Assembly: GCA_963782525.1 (NCBI GenBank)
Contig: CAWAKC010000007.1
Span: forward strand, 320,001 to 384,000
Direction: 5' to 3'
From: Candidatus Bathyarchaeota archaeon
GTDB lineage: Archaea > Thermoproteota > Bathyarchaeia > Bathyarchaeales > Bathycorpusculaceae
DNA: 64,000 nucleotides
Translations under genes and position numbers: made by a program
Shown here: positions 19,482-30,159 of the stretch, one piece after another
Layout: every line of letters starts with the position of its first letter
Position numbering within the stretch: position 1 is the first letter of the stretch
The notes under the pieces: generated by a model
The model's database searches: none
Told to the model about the DNA's origin: nothing
What the model saw: only the letters and a program-made list of their open reading frames with translations

Positions 19482-19558
19482 TTAGTGATTCACCACTTTA
19501 TAGCCATGTATTCGCTTAATCAATTTAAAGTTTGTCATGAATTCAATCGCTCAATTGA

Positions 19559-20821
19559 TCAGGTTGTGCCCATTTCCCAAGTTGAAAGGTACTTTTTCTG
19601 TTCAGCGGTAAGCTCATCGATGGCAACACCCATAGACTTCAGTTTCAACTCGGCAACTTTTTCATCGATATCTTTTGGAACAGTGTAGACTTTAGTTTGG
19701 AGTTTGGCTGTTTTGGCTACGTACTCAGAGCATAGGGCTTGGTTTGCAAAGGACATATCCATAACTTCTGAGGGGTGACCTTCCGCAGCGGCGAGGTTAA
19801 CTAGTCTGCCTTCAGCGAGCAAGTAGAGTTTTCTGCCATCTCTTAAGCTGTACTCTTCCATGTTGGGACGCATCGTCCGTTTAGCCTTAGAGAGCGATTC
19901 CAAGTCTGGAATATTGATTTCAACGTTGAAATGACCGCTGTTGCACATAATAGCGCCGTCCTTCATTTTTTGCATGTGTTCCTTACGTATGACACTTATG
20001 TCTCCCGTCGCAGTAACGAATATGTCGCCGATGGGTGCCGCCTCAGCCATAGGCATAACACGGTAACCATCCATGACTGCTTCCAGAGCGCGGGTTGGTT
20101 GAACTTCTGTTACTATAACGTTTGCACCTAAGCCTTTTGCACGCATAGCTATACCTCTGCTGCACCAGCCATATCCGCCGACAACAAAGTTTTTGCCAGC
20201 AAGCAGAACCGAGGTTGCCCTCATAATACCATCAATGGTGCTTTGGCCTGTTCCATAGCGGTTATCAAAAAGATACTTTGTGTATGCGTCGTTGACTGCT
20301 ATGATGGGATATTTGAGGCTGCCATCCTGCTCCATAGCTTTTAGTCGGACTACACCTGTTGAGGTTTCTTCAGTTCCGCCTATGACGTCTTTAATTAGGT
20401 TTTGACGTTTGCTGTGAATCATACCAACAACGTCTGCACCGTCATCCATTGTAATGGTTGGTTTGTAATCGAGGACTTTGTCGATGCATTTGTAGTAGTC
20501 CTCTGTGTTTTGTCCTCTCCATGCGAACACATGTACGCCGCTATCTGCTAATGCTGCGGCAACGTCATCCTGGGTTGACAGTGGATTTGAACCGCATAAA
20601 GCGACTTTGGCGCCTCCAGCAATGAGTACGTTGATGAGTACCGCTGTTTCTTTGGTTACGTGGAGGCATGCAGCTAGGGTTTGGCCTTTGAGCGGTTTTT
20701 CTTTTTCAAAACGAGCTTTTATGATGTTTAAAACGGGCATGTGTTTTGATGCCCATTCGATTTGTAAGTGCCCTTGAGGTGCTAAACTTTTATCTTTAAC
20801 TTGGAAGTCTTCCATGAACAT
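19559..20821 (-). CDS. ahcY: Adenosylhomocysteinase
   Basis: [26 protein letters not shown] and [14 protein letters not shown] motifs. Confidence 0.98.
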   Translation of the reverse strand: MFMEDFQVKDKSLAPQGHLQIEWASKHMPVLNIIKARFEKEKPLKGQTLAACLHVTKETAVLINVLIAGGAKVALCGSNPLSTQDDVAAALADSGVHVFAWRGQNTEDYYKCIDKVLDYKPTITMDDGADVVGMIHSKRQNLIKDVIGGTEETSTGVVRLKAMEQDGSLKYPIIAVNDAYTKYLFDNRYGTGQSTIDGIMRATSVLLAGKNFVVGGYGWCSRGIAMRAKGLGANVIVTEVQPTRALEAVMDGYRVMPMAEAAPIGDIFVTATGDISVIRKEHMQKMKDGAIMCNSGHFNVEINIPDLESLSKAKRTMRPNMEEYSLRDGRKLYLLAEGRLVNLAAAEGHPSEVMDMSFANQALCSEYVAKTAKLQTKVYTVPKDIDEKVAELKLKSMGVAIDELTAEQKKYLSTWEMGTT

Positions 20822-20943
20822 TCCTTCTTTTTAGGAACATTGTGTTCTCAACCTATTTAGAATTTGCTTCGCTAAACACCTAAAGTGGCTACTCGAAAAA
20901 GATTAATTATCCAAAGCCCAAATCTACATGAGAGAGAATTCAA

Positions 20944-21549
20944 ATGAAGGAATCCTTTGCTACATTCATCAAAAAAGAATTAGAGCCAAGAACCCTGCTG
21001 ATAACATGCGGACTACCTGCAAGCTACAAAACAGAAACCGCTGAAGAAATTTCCAAAATCAAAGGGTACCCTATCCTACGCAGCGATTTAATCAGGTTAG
21101 AAGTGCTTAAGAACGAAGATATTTTCGACGCTAAAGTCGCTGGAAACATGAACAAACGATTATCAGTCTACGATGAAGTGTTCCGACGCGCAGACGAGCA
21201 AGCAGCAAAAAGCAAAGGTGGCTTAATCCTTGACGCAACTTTTGTCACCCAAGAACTACGCAGGCGAGCAGCTGAGATAGCAGCAAAAAACAACATGACC
21301 TTTGTCATCCTTCAAACCAGTTGTCCCCAAGAAGTTTCTCTTGCCAGAATAAGTAAGCGAACGAAGGAAAAGTACGAGTCAAATGCTCTAACCGAAGAAG
21401 CCTACCTTGCCAACAAAAACAAGTTTGAGCCAGTAGACATTTATGAACTAAAGAAAAAATATCCAACCCTCAAAGTCACCCACCTAACAGTTGATACCTG
21501 CCGCGACGAAACCGACCAATGGTTCGTAGTTGGCATAGAGAAAAGATGA
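20944..21549 (+). CDS. AAA_33-type P-loop kinase with a variant Walker A
   Basis: GLPASYKT, LRSDLIRLE and ILDATF..RRR motifs. Confidence 0.8.
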   Translation: MKESFATFIKKELEPRTLLITCGLPASYKTETAEEISKIKGYPILRSDLIRLEVLKNEDIFDAKVAGNMNKRLSVYDEVFRRADEQAAKSKGGLILDATFVTQELRRRAAEIAAKNNMTFVILQTSCPQEVSLARISKRTKEKYESNALTEEAYLANKNKFEPVDIYELKKKYPTLKVTHLTVDTCRDETDQWFVVGIEKR

Positions 21550-21558
21550 GTAACCCAA

Positions 21559-22428
21559 ATGAAAATTGATTTACACATCCACTCTAATAGCTCAGACGGA
21601 AAATTCACTGTCCAAGAAATTTTACAAGAAGGCAAAGCCAGAGAAATCAATTTATTAGCGATTACAGACCACGATTCAATCGGCTGCCAAACCCAAGCCA
21701 CCACCGAAGCAAAAAAAGCAGGTATCAGATACGTTACGGGTGTGGAACTAAACGTAACTTTTTCACATCCCAAGTACAAGGAAGGCAAGTCGGTTTCGCT
21801 TGATTTCCTGGGTTACCAATTTGACCCAGACAACCAGGCGCTCCTAAGCAAACTGGAAACGATGGCTAAGTACCGACAGGATCGAGCAGCTAAAATCCTC
21901 GACAACCTCAACACTGAATTCAAAAAAGAGCAGATTCCAGCCTTAACCACAGACGATTTACGACAGATTGAGGAATCAGTTGACGGCGTTCTTGGCAGAC
22001 CCCACATAGCAGACTACTTGGTCAAGAAAGGAGTTGTCAAAACCCGCCAAGAAGCCTTCGACAAGTACCTTGTTAAATGTGACGCCCCAAAATATCCACT
22101 CTACCTCGAAGAAGCCTCAAAACTTATCCGAGAGGCAGGCGGAAAACTGGTTTTAGCCCATCCCAACGACCCTCATGGAACCTCTCTGGCAGCCTTAACT
22201 AAGGTCCTTAGCGAGCAAACGGAAATTGTTAAAGAAAAAATGTTTCCCTCAATTGACGGGATTGAATGTTGGCATTCAAGAAACACCCCCGAAACAACCA
22301 ACCACTATACAGCATTCGCAAGAGAGAACGGGTTAATAATGACTGGAGGAAGCGACTGCCACCAAAAACCAGTTCTCATGGGCACAATCCAGATTCCCGA
22401 TTGGGTAGCGGACCAATTCACAAAGTAG
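21559..22428 (+). CDS. PHP-domain phosphoesterase (TrpH/YciV-like)
   Basis: DLHIHSNSSDG, AITDHD, GRPHIA, LAHP and GGSDCH motifs. Confidence 0.92.
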   Translation: MKIDLHIHSNSSDGKFTVQEILQEGKAREINLLAITDHDSIGCQTQATTEAKKAGIRYVTGVELNVTFSHPKYKEGKSVSLDFLGYQFDPDNQALLSKLETMAKYRQDRAAKILDNLNTEFKKEQIPALTTDDLRQIEESVDGVLGRPHIADYLVKKGVVKTRQEAFDKYLVKCDAPKYPLYLEEASKLIREAGGKLVLAHPNDPHGTSLAALTKVLSEQTEIVKEKMFPSIDGIECWHSRNTPETTNHYTAFARENGLIMTGGSDCHQKPVLMGTIQIPDWVADQFTK

Positions 22429-22432
22429 CAGC

Positions 22433-23437
22433 CTAAAGGTTTTTTGCGTATTCAGCAGCTAAATTGAAATAGGCGTGGGCTTCTTTGGTTGCAGATGCTT
22501 TTTCTTGGGCGCTTATGTTTTGGTCGTCGAGTCTAAAGCTGACCACTTTTCCGCGTACATAAGCCCTGTAACACTTGTAGAAAGGCAGCAGTAGGGGCAG
22601 CGTCTTGTCTTTTGAATAAGCCAAGTACTGTTCTATAAAGTACTCTGCGAGATCTATTCTTCCCTGGAAATCCAAATCCATTGCTAAGAAAGCCACGTCG
22701 GCAGCGACGTCGGAGTATCGGAAGCGGTCGTTGAATTCTATGGCATCGAATATGCAGATTTTGTCAGTAATGAAGATGTTTCCTGAATGTAGATCGCCGT
22801 GGCAGTCTCGGATACGTTTGTCGGCTATTCGGCTTTCAAACAGAGCTGTGTTTTGGGTCATGAAGTTGTTGATTTTGGATTCGATGTATTGGAAGTCGAT
22901 TTGGGAGATGGTTTGGTTGAGGTATTTTGTTGTTTGGGAAAAGTTTTCGTCCCAGTTAGTCTTCACTATTTTGAGCGAACCGAACTGGCTGATTTCAAAG
23001 TTTGTCTGCGCTTTAGAATGGAACTTGGCAACTCTCTCTGCAATCGCATCGACCGTTTTTTTATCGACCTTATTCTCTTTGAGCAGGACGGTCATGATTC
23101 TTTCTTGAGGCAACCGCACCATCTTTAGGGCGTACTCGACAGTTACACCAGTGCCGCCAACTTTAATGGTGTCTGACTTAGTGATTGGAATAACTTCAAG
23201 ATATATTTCTGGGCAAAGCCGCCTATTGAGCTCCAACTCTTTTTCACAGAACAAATGTCTCTTGTCAAGGGTTGAAAAATCTAAGAAGCCGAAGTTAACG
23301 GCTTTCTTTACTTTGTAAACGTAATTTTCGGTTAAGAAGACAAAGGATATGTGGGTTTGGATGAGTTCAATTTTGCCCGGGTTTTGAGGATAAGCGTCTG
23401 AGGTTAGGAGAGCAGCTACTACTTGTTTTTGATCCAT
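22433..23437 (-). CDS. Aminoglycoside phosphotransferase-like kinase (COG2187-like)
   Basis: IQTHISFVFL, YKVKK, RDCHGDLHSGNI and FDAIEFNDRFR motifs. Start trimmed to MDQKQ. Confidence 0.88.
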   Translation of the reverse strand: MDQKQVVAALLTSDAYPQNPGKIELIQTHISFVFLTENYVYKVKKAVNFGFLDFSTLDKRHLFCEKELELNRRLCPEIYLEVIPITKSDTIKVGGTGVTVEYALKMVRLPQERIMTVLLKENKVDKKTVDAIAERVAKFHSKAQTNFEISQFGSLKIVKTNWDENFSQTTKYLNQTISQIDFQYIESKINNFMTQNTALFESRIADKRIRDCHGDLHSGNIFITDKICIFDAIEFNDRFRYSDVAADVAFLAMDLDFQGRIDLAEYFIEQYLAYSKDKTLPLLLPFYKCYRAYVRGKVVSFRLDDQNISAQEKASATKEAHAYFNLAAEYAKNL

Positions 23438-23453
23438 CAATCTTAGTTTTCCT

Positions 23454-24077
23454 CTACACATTCTGAATGTTTTTGACGTAATGTAGAACTTTGTCGGCTT
23501 GTTCCTTAGAAATGTGGTTGCCAATGTGGAGTGAGGCAACGATATCAGTGATTTTTGCCAGGGCATGTACGTGGTAGCCAAGTTTTTCCAGTTTCTCCTT
23601 ACCGCCATGTTCACGATTTACCACGACCAGCAGGTGCTTGACGTTGGCGCCTAATTCTACGAGGGGTTTTATTCCTTCAACTTTAGATATGCCTTCGCTT
23701 ATGACGTCATCGAAGAAAAGAATGTTGTCACCTTTGTTAACATCTGCCCCCGCTATCCTGCCTGTGACGCCGTATGCTTTCTCTTCTTTGCGCACAATAA
23801 CACATGGCAAATCCAATGTGCAGGCGATGCTGGGGACAATCAAAGCGCCCTTCAATTCGATGGAAGCTAACTTGTCTATTCGGTCAGTCGCCTTAATCTG
23901 TCTGATTTTTTCCGAGGCAGCGTCAGTTATTACGCAAAGGTGTTTTGGGGTAGATAGAACCCGTGCTAGGTCGATGTAGTAAGGGCTTGTGGCTCCTGAC
24001 TTGATTGTGAAGTTGCCAAACCTAAGGCACCCGGACAAGTAGAGGGCATCAGCCACTCTGTCGGTAATCGTTGACAT
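23454..24077 (-). CDS. pyrE: Orotate phosphoribosyltransferase
   Basis: FGNFTIKSGATSPYYID, VRKEEKAYG and the PRPP loop FDDVISEG. Confidence 0.88.
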   Translation of the reverse strand: MSTITDRVADALYLSGCLRFGNFTIKSGATSPYYIDLARVLSTPKHLCVITDAASEKIRQIKATDRIDKLASIELKGALIVPSIACTLDLPCVIVRKEEKAYGVTGRIAGADVNKGDNILFFDDVISEGISKVEGIKPLVELGANVKHLLVVVNREHGGKEKLEKLGYHVHALAKITDIVASLHIGNHISKEQADKVLHYVKNIQNV

Positions 24078-24122
24078 GTAATATCCCTGATGTGAAATGT
24101 TACCTTGCAAATTTAACCCTTT

Positions 24123-24186
24123 ACCAACCTATTTGGAGCCTAAGAGCGGTTCATTGCAGAAACCTATAGGGGGATGTCACCATTGA
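24123..24186 (+). repeat. Dispersed ~70 bp repeat, copy 2
   Basis: ACCAACCTATTTGG..GTTCATTGCAGAAACCTATAGGGGGA..CATTG. Confidence 0.65.
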
Positions 24187-24265
24187 CAGCTTCTTGAGCC
24201 ATTAAAAGATAAAATATGAAAAAAGAAAAAAATTAAATGCGGAATGGTGGTTTTGATTGGAAGGA

Positions 24266-24610
24266 TTATTTCTTTGTAGGAACCATAAACCACTTCACAT
24301 TATCAAACCCATACTTGGTTACCAAGGGGTCGATGAAGTTTGGGGATAAGTCTTCATCATCGATTTCTGCGAAAACCACGGTATCGCCGATCCGGTAGAC
24401 GATACAGATGATTGTGACATCTTTTAGGGCAGCATATTTGCCCTTGATTTCCCAGTAGCCAGGTTCATCCCGACCAGCCTCAATAACCCAAGAATACTTG
24501 TCTTCAGGATGCTGACCCTGCATAAAATTGAAAGCGCAAACCACTTCCCCAACAGCTTTGGGGTCCTCGTTTGTTTTGACATAGAACCAAATCGTCATAA
24601 CTAACACCAA
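24266..24610 (-). CDS. Hypothetical protein
   Basis: Protein-like ORF filling an intergenic gap. No family recognised. Confidence 0.6.
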   Translation of the reverse strand: MVLVMTIWFYVKTNEDPKAVGEVVCAFNFMQGQHPEDKYSWVIEAGRDEPGYWEIKGKYAALKDVTIICIVYRIGDTVVFAEIDDEDLSPNFIDPLVTKYGFDNVKWFMVPTKK

Positions 24611-24648
24611 TACTTACTGAGTTGGTTTCTGCCCTTAAATTGTTTTTT

Positions 24649-25269
24649 CTACACGCTAGCTTGAGCTTCTATGAGAGTTAAGGTTTCAAAGAAAGGAAGC
24701 TTGCGCTCTGCCTTCACAACTGCCTTAAGTCCCTGCGTATTAAACCCTCTGATGGTTTCTTCGACGCCGGTAAGCGTTGACTGCATCAAAAGAACCTGAC
24801 CATTCGGCTTTAGGTGCGGTGGAACTTCAAAGATAAAACCGTCAATAACTTCCCGCCCATTTGCGCCTCCTGCCCATGAACGCCCAATCCAAGATGCAAC
24901 CTCATACTCCTCAGAAGGCAAGTAAGGAGCGTTAAACAGAATTAAATTGAACTTTACATTTGGGTTTAGGGCTGTAAAAAGACTTGCTTGAACAAAACTC
25001 ATTTTGTTGCGTACGCCGTTGAGCGCTGAATTCTCTTTTGCACAACGGATAGCATAGGGGTTTAAGTCAATTGCCAACACGCTTGAGGCTTTTTTCGCCG
25101 CCAATATACCAAGCAAACCGCAGCCGGTGCCAACATCCAAAACAAGTTCGCCCTCTTTGACAGTGAGGTTCTCGGCGAAAAGAAAAGTGTCCTCTGCAGG
25201 CTCGTAAACGTCCTCATAAACATTGAAAACATGCTTATTGAAATGCACTCTTTTACGGTGGGAGGGCAT
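24649..25269 (-). CDS. HemK2/PrmC-like protein methyltransferase
   Basis: VYEPAEDTFL, LDVGTGCG and FNAPY motifs. Confidence 0.92.
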   Translation of the reverse strand: MPSHRKRVHFNKHVFNVYEDVYEPAEDTFLFAENLTVKEGELVLDVGTGCGLLGILAAKKASSVLAIDLNPYAIRCAKENSALNGVRNKMSFVQASLFTALNPNVKFNLILFNAPYLPSEEYEVASWIGRSWAGGANGREVIDGFIFEVPPHLKPNGQVLLMQSTLTGVEETIRGFNTQGLKAVVKAERKLPFFETLTLIEAQASV

Positions 25270-26071
25270 TTGTTAATGCTCCAAAATCTTTGGGGGAGAG
25301 TTCCCTTGGACGCCTGTCATGGAAAGGCAGGGTAAGCGCCAATTTCTCCGCGTCCTGCTTATTCAACTTGAAATTGTCTCTTATTAAGGGTGCAATTGCT
25401 TTTCCTACTTTTTTGTTACGTTGAGTAAAGAGCCATTTTACTAACCGAATAAAAAAAGCCTGGTCCTTCACTTGGAAAGTTTTTTGGTTCCACGGTTTTA
25501 ATCTGACGATGGCTGAATCAACTTCGGGGTGAGGATAAAACATGGCTTTTGGCACAGCGTCTAAAAGCTCAACTTCAGCATTTTGGTGGGTGACAACTGT
25601 TAACCAACCGTACTCCTCGCTGCCCACGGAGGCAACGAGGCGGTCAACGAATTCTTTCTGCAGAATCAAAACTGCGCATTCAACTCTTCGGTCCAAAAGC
25701 CATAGGATTAAATTAGTAGACAAGTAGTAGGGTGGAATTGCTATGGCTTTGTTAAATTCCGGCAATTCAGCCTTCAAGACGTCGCCCTCAACCACCGTCA
25801 CGTTGCCAAGACACTTAACTTTTTCAAGCAACACTTTTGCAACTTGAGGGTCTTTCTCAACAGCTATTACACCTTGGCACTTATCGGCCAAAAAACGTGT
25901 TAGCCAACCGAAGCCTGCTCCAGCATCCAACACGACATCCGCCTTGCTGAGCGCTGCATAGTTGCATAATATAGGGTAGAGCGTTGGCTCAATCATGAAG
26001 TTTTGTCCTAGAAGCTTGTTGGGAGAAATTCGGTGGGTTCGAAGCAGCTGCTTCGTTTCCTCAAGATACAT
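25253..26071 (-). CDS. ksgA: 16S rRNA adenine dimethyltransferase KsgA/Dim1
   Basis: LGQNFM, PPYYLS, FYPHPEVDSA and FTQRNK motifs, with conserved synteny. Confidence 0.93.
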   Translation of the reverse strand: MYLEETKQLLRTHRISPNKLLGQNFMIEPTLYPILCNYAALSKADVVLDAGAGFGWLTRFLADKCQGVIAVEKDPQVAKVLLEKVKCLGNVTVVEGDVLKAELPEFNKAIAIPPYYLSTNLILWLLDRRVECAVLILQKEFVDRLVASVGSEEYGWLTVVTHQNAEVELLDAVPKAMFYPHPEVDSAIVRLKPWNQKTFQVKDQAFFIRLVKWLFTQRNKKVGKAIAPLIRDNFKLNKQDAEKLALTLPFHDRRPRELSPKDFGALTNALPP

Positions 26072-26081
26072 CTGCTGTGCC

Positions 26082-26648
26082 TTACTGCGCCCGCGTGAAC
26101 AACCGGTACTTGCTGTCGCCCTCTAGCTCTTCCATAACCCGCTTCGTAGTCAACTTAACAGGATTCGGCAGTTCCGTTCGTTTCTGCAGATCCTCAAAGC
26201 TTTCGAAGGGCTTACGGTCGCGTTGGTTGATGACTTGCCACATGTACTTTTTGCCAATGCCTGGAACCAATTCTAAAGCGTGCATTCGAGGTGTAATCGC
26301 GCGGGCGGTGTTGAAGAAATTAACAAACCATTTTTCCCGATTCGTCACTATCTTGCTAATGACACTGGGAAGTTCTGCCTTCGCCGAAGCAGTCAACTCC
26401 TCATAGCCAATGCGCCCAATTATGTAAGTAACTTCTTCGCGGGAATCCTTTCCCACATAAACACGGTCACCCGGTTTCAGAACCAGCTCTTCCTTCACTA
26501 AAGCTTCCAAAAGAGTAAAGAATTCTTCACCGACGCATTGAATTAAGGCTCCTGCTCGATAACCTGCCCGTCCCGTAGGACGAAATCCTGGCTTGCCGTG
26601 CTGAAGGAAATCTAACACGTAAGCATGCTCTTCGTACCGCTTTTCCAT
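26082..26648 (-). CDS. DUF655 predicted RNA-binding protein
   Basis: EEHAYVLDF and RMHALELVPGIGKK motifs, next to rpo4. Confidence 0.92.
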   Translation of the reverse strand: MEKRYEEHAYVLDFLQHGKPGFRPTGRAGYRAGALIQCVGEEFFTLLEALVKEELVLKPGDRVYVGKDSREEVTYIIGRIGYEELTASAKAELPSVISKIVTNREKWFVNFFNTARAITPRMHALELVPGIGKKYMWQVINQRDRKPFESFEDLQKRTELPNPVKLTTKRVMEELEGDSKYRLFTRAQ

Positions 26649-26713
26649 AACACTCAGAGTCCATCAGCTAGTCTATTCTCGATTACTGCTTAAAAATACT
26701 TAGTCGCTTCCCG

Positions 26714-27052
26714 TTACTTCAACGTGCGATTCTCGTTCAAAAGCTCAACAATCGTGTGCAATTTTGAGGTTTCTATGATCTTTCGACCTCCAGCTAAGAA
26801 CACCCGCAATTCGTCAACGGTCTCAGGCATACAATTGATAATTTGTACAGCTTCGGCTTCGTCGAGTTCGTATTCTTTGAGGAGTTTCTGCAAGAGTTCT
26901 TCAGCTTTATCTGGATCACACTTGGAGAATTTGCTAACATAATCTAGTGTTCGGCGTTGAAACTGGTCTAAGTTTTCTTCGCCGATGGTTTCCAGAACCT
27001 TCTTAACCTGTGGGAGGGTTAAGCGACTTTCGCTTACTTCTCTCTTGCTCAT
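26714..27052 (-). CDS. rpo4: RNA polymerase subunit Rpo4 (F)
   Basis: AVQIINCMPETVDELR motif and synteny with rpl21e. Confidence 0.92.
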   Translation of the reverse strand: MSKREVSESRLTLPQVKKVLETIGEENLDQFQRRTLDYVSKFSKCDPDKAEELLQKLLKEYELDEAEAVQIINCMPETVDELRVFLAGGRKIIETSKLHTIVELLNENRTLK

Positions 27053-27057
27053 CTATC

Positions 27058-27354
27058 TCACTTACCTGTGTATGGCTCTAGGTGCTCTGAGCGAGTGATG
27101 ATTTCTTTAATAGCATTGCCTTGTGGAACGCTAACAACGTATCCGCGACCTCGTTTTTCTACGATCACGCCGATTTTGCCGTGGAAACGTTTGTGTGGCA
27201 TACTCTTCTGTGTGCTAGAATCCATCTTTATTATTACTTGAGAACCTGGAGTGTAATCTTGAAGGATTTTACCAATATGTGGTTTACCTTTTGCACGAGT
27301 TGGTTTACGCAATAGACTGCGAGTTCCTGTGTAGTAACCTTTTGAGCCTCTCAT
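27058..27354 (-). CDS. rpl21e: 50S ribosomal protein eL21
   Basis: MPHKRFHGKIG motif. Confidence 0.96.
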   Translation of the reverse strand: MRGSKGYYTGTRSLLRKPTRAKGKPHIGKILQDYTPGSQVIIKMDSSTQKSMPHKRFHGKIGVIVEKRGRGYVVSVPQGNAIKEIITRSEHLEPYTGK

Positions 27355-27367
27355 TCAATTTTCACCT

Positions 27368-28705
27368 TTAATTATCATCCATTATTACATTGAGAACGTC
27401 AAGCTTAAGCGTCTTCGCCCTGTTGTTGAGCAAATCTGAAACGTTCGGCACTGTTCTTCCTTCATCTCCAGACACCAATTCTTTAACATAGAGCCCGCCT
27501 TGACAACGAATTTCCAGCAGAGCCCTCTTAAGCGACACCTTCTTAACTTTAACCTGATATATGTACTTTTCTCGGATTAAATCCGCTCTTCGATGCAAAA
27601 CGCGTTGAGGCGTCTGCTGTTTAATACAAATACCCGATAGCTTCTCTTCCATGGTGCGTAGGTCTTGGGGGGACAATTCCTTCTCAAATTCCGCCAGCAG
27701 AGCATATTCTTTTTGTGATCCCTCACCCTTCTTGAGGTGCCGAACAACATCCTTAGTTGTGAAATGCAAATTTATAACCTCGATTTTTCCGGCTGCCTCA
27801 GTGTTAACTTGGGCTTCAATCTGTTTCAAATCCACAAACCGCTTCTTAGGTTTTGAAACCTCAATCACAAAAGGCCTACCGCTGCCAAGCATCCGTGCAT
27901 CGATGTCTTCTCTTCCAGAAGCATGCAAAAACGCATCTTCACCCAAAGTTACCAAAAGCAAAGGTTTAGAAGACAGTTCCTCCACCGATTCAGCATACAA
28001 TTTGCCTGTTCCACCGCACTTCTCGCATCCTCTGCCTCGGCAGTCTGAACAGAACCATTTCGACTGTGGAATTGTTCTCAGCAGTTTGCGGTATCTGCCA
28101 GCGACGAAGATGGGGTTAACTTGAAGGCGAATTTTCTCCAGAAAAGGGTTGAAAACCACGACTAAATCTGGAATTAGGTACTCTGCTTCTTTGCCCGTTT
28201 GTTTCGCGAGTGCTTTGCCTAGTAGCCGTCCGAATTCATGTTTTATGCTTTCGCCATAACCGATGTTGAGTGCAGCTTTAAACTCGTCTTCTCTCTCCTC
28301 AATTTTTGTTGGCAACTCAATTCCGACAAGGAAAGTGGTGAACTCGTAGTCTGCAATTAGTTCTAGAGCCGTCTGGGTTAAAACGTCAACTAACTCGAAC
28401 TTGCCTTCGCATAGACTACATTTGAGGTCTGCTTCAGTTTTCGGCAGGCGTTTTTTGAGGTGTTTTAGGGTTTCCTGGGCTTCCCGTGAAAACCCGTTAT
28501 ATGCCAAAACCTTAAGTCGCTTTATTCCATCGGCGTTTTTTTCTTGTACAAGGTCGTTGGCTTGCATAGTTAAACTGACTTTTAGTGCTTTGCCGCGCAC
28601 GTTGTTTTCCATGCTGTAACCAAGCAACGCAAATTGTCTGCCCAAGCAGTGGTCACAAAGCGGGTATTTACTCAGTAACTCGAAGGCTTTTTCTAAAACA
28701 TCCAT
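27368..28705 (-). CDS. pus10: tRNA pseudouridine(54/55) synthase Pus10
   Basis: LCDHCLGRQFA, GREDIDARMLGSGRPF and GGLYVKELVSGDEGRT motifs. Confidence 0.96.
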   Translation of the reverse strand: MDVLEKAFELLSKYPLCDHCLGRQFALLGYSMENNVRGKALKVSLTMQANDLVQEKNADGIKRLKVLAYNGFSREAQETLKHLKKRLPKTEADLKCSLCEGKFELVDVLTQTALELIADYEFTTFLVGIELPTKIEEREDEFKAALNIGYGESIKHEFGRLLGKALAKQTGKEAEYLIPDLVVVFNPFLEKIRLQVNPIFVAGRYRKLLRTIPQSKWFCSDCRGRGCEKCGGTGKLYAESVEELSSKPLLLVTLGEDAFLHASGREDIDARMLGSGRPFVIEVSKPKKRFVDLKQIEAQVNTEAAGKIEVINLHFTTKDVVRHLKKGEGSQKEYALLAEFEKELSPQDLRTMEEKLSGICIKQQTPQRVLHRRADLIREKYIYQVKVKKVSLKRALLEIRCQGGLYVKELVSGDEGRTVPNVSDLLNNRAKTLKLDVLNVIMDDN

Positions 28706-28715
28706 CGAACGTAGC

Positions 28716-30068
28716 CTACTTCATGCCCGGTGGCATACCCATTCCTTTACCGCCGAGTCCAAACGGCAGCTTCTTTTTGTTATGCTTAAACATCTTCAGC
28801 ATCTTACGCATCATAACGTATTGCTTGAGAAGCTCCTTGACTTCTTTTTCTGTGCTTCCTGAACCCCGCGCGATGCGTCTTGCCCTCGATGAGTTGAGCA
28901 GTTTAGGGTTCTCTTTCTCGGCAGGTGTCATGGATTGGATGATTACACCCCATTTTTCTAAGCGACCTTCAGCAGAGTTCAGCATTTCGTCAGGAACATC
29001 GGCAGACGAGAGCCCAGGAATCATTTTCATTACTTTGCCAAAGGGACCCATTTTCTTGACGGCTTGGAACTGCTCATACATATCAGTTAAGGTAAAGTTG
29101 CCACTCATGATTTCCTTAGCTTTCTTCTGGGGCACCTTGATTTCGGCATCATGAACTTTTTCGAGAAGGGTTTCTAAGTCGCCCATGCCTAAGAGGCGCC
29201 CAACGAATCGAGAGGGGATGAATGCTTCGAGGTCTTCTATTTTTTCGCCTGTGCCGATGAATTTTATGGGTGCGCCGGTTGCCGCGACCGCTGATAATGC
29301 ACCACCTCCGCGTGAGGAGCCGTCGAGTTTAGTTACTATGATTGCGCCGATCGGGGTAGCTTCATGGAAGGTTTTAGCTTGAGCAAGGGCTTGCTGCCCG
29401 ATAGTGCCGTCGATAACCATGATAACTTCGTCGGGGTGAATGCTCTTTTCAAGGTCCTTCATTTCCTTGATTAAATCCTTCTCTTCCTTATGCCGACCGG
29501 CCGTGTCAACGATAATCAAATCTTTATCGGCAAATAGCTTTAGGCCTTCCCTGACGACTTTAACGGGGTCTTTTTGTTTTAAGTCACCGAAAAAAGGTGC
29601 GTTTATGCGGGTTGCCAGTTGTTGAAGCTGGTTGTAGGCGCCTGGTCGAAAAGTATCCGCACAAATCAAGCCTACTTTCATGCCTCTTTTCTGGAAGTAT
29701 CTTGCCAGTTTGGCGGCGTGGGTGGTTTTTCCTGAACCTTGAATACCAACGAGCATGATGATTTTCTTTTTGCCGGGCTCCACTTTGAGGGGAACAGGTT
29801 TGTCGCCCACGAATCGGGTTAATTCTTCATAGACTACTTTTATGACGTGTTCACGTCTGGAAACTCCCGGAGGCACTTTCTCTTTTAACGCCCGTTCTTC
29901 GATGCGTTTGGAGATTTCGAGGACAAGTTGGACGTTGACGTCTGCTTGAAGCAGGGCACGTTGGATGTCGCGGACCAGTTCCTTCACTGCCGCTTCGTCC
30001 ACGGCGCCAGCTTTAAACAGCTTCTTTATGGCGTCGGTCAAGGAGGAACCTAACTTGTCTAGTGCCAT
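28716..30068 (-). CDS. srp54: Signal recognition particle protein SRP54
   Basis: GIQGSGKTT, DTAGRH, TKLDG and RIARGSG motifs. Confidence 0.98.
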   Translation of the reverse strand: MALDKLGSSLTDAIKKLFKAGAVDEAAVKELVRDIQRALLQADVNVQLVLEISKRIEERALKEKVPPGVSRREHVIKVVYEELTRFVGDKPVPLKVEPGKKKIIMLVGIQGSGKTTHAAKLARYFQKRGMKVGLICADTFRPGAYNQLQQLATRINAPFFGDLKQKDPVKVVREGLKLFADKDLIIVDTAGRHKEEKDLIKEMKDLEKSIHPDEVIMVIDGTIGQQALAQAKTFHEATPIGAIIVTKLDGSSRGGGALSAVAATGAPIKFIGTGEKIEDLEAFIPSRFVGRLLGMGDLETLLEKVHDAEIKVPQKKAKEIMSGNFTLTDMYEQFQAVKKMGPFGKVMKMIPGLSSADVPDEMLNSAEGRLEKWGVIIQSMTPAEKENPKLLNSSRARRIARGSGSTEKEVKELLKQYVMMRKMLKMFKHNKKKLPFGLGGKGMGMPPGMK

Positions 30069-30159
30069 ATGAGTCTCCAGCCTAACATTCTATTGTCCTT
30101 TTAAATAAAGATTACAGCGTAAAACCGCCACAATACAGGTTAATTTCTGTTTGATTGTT

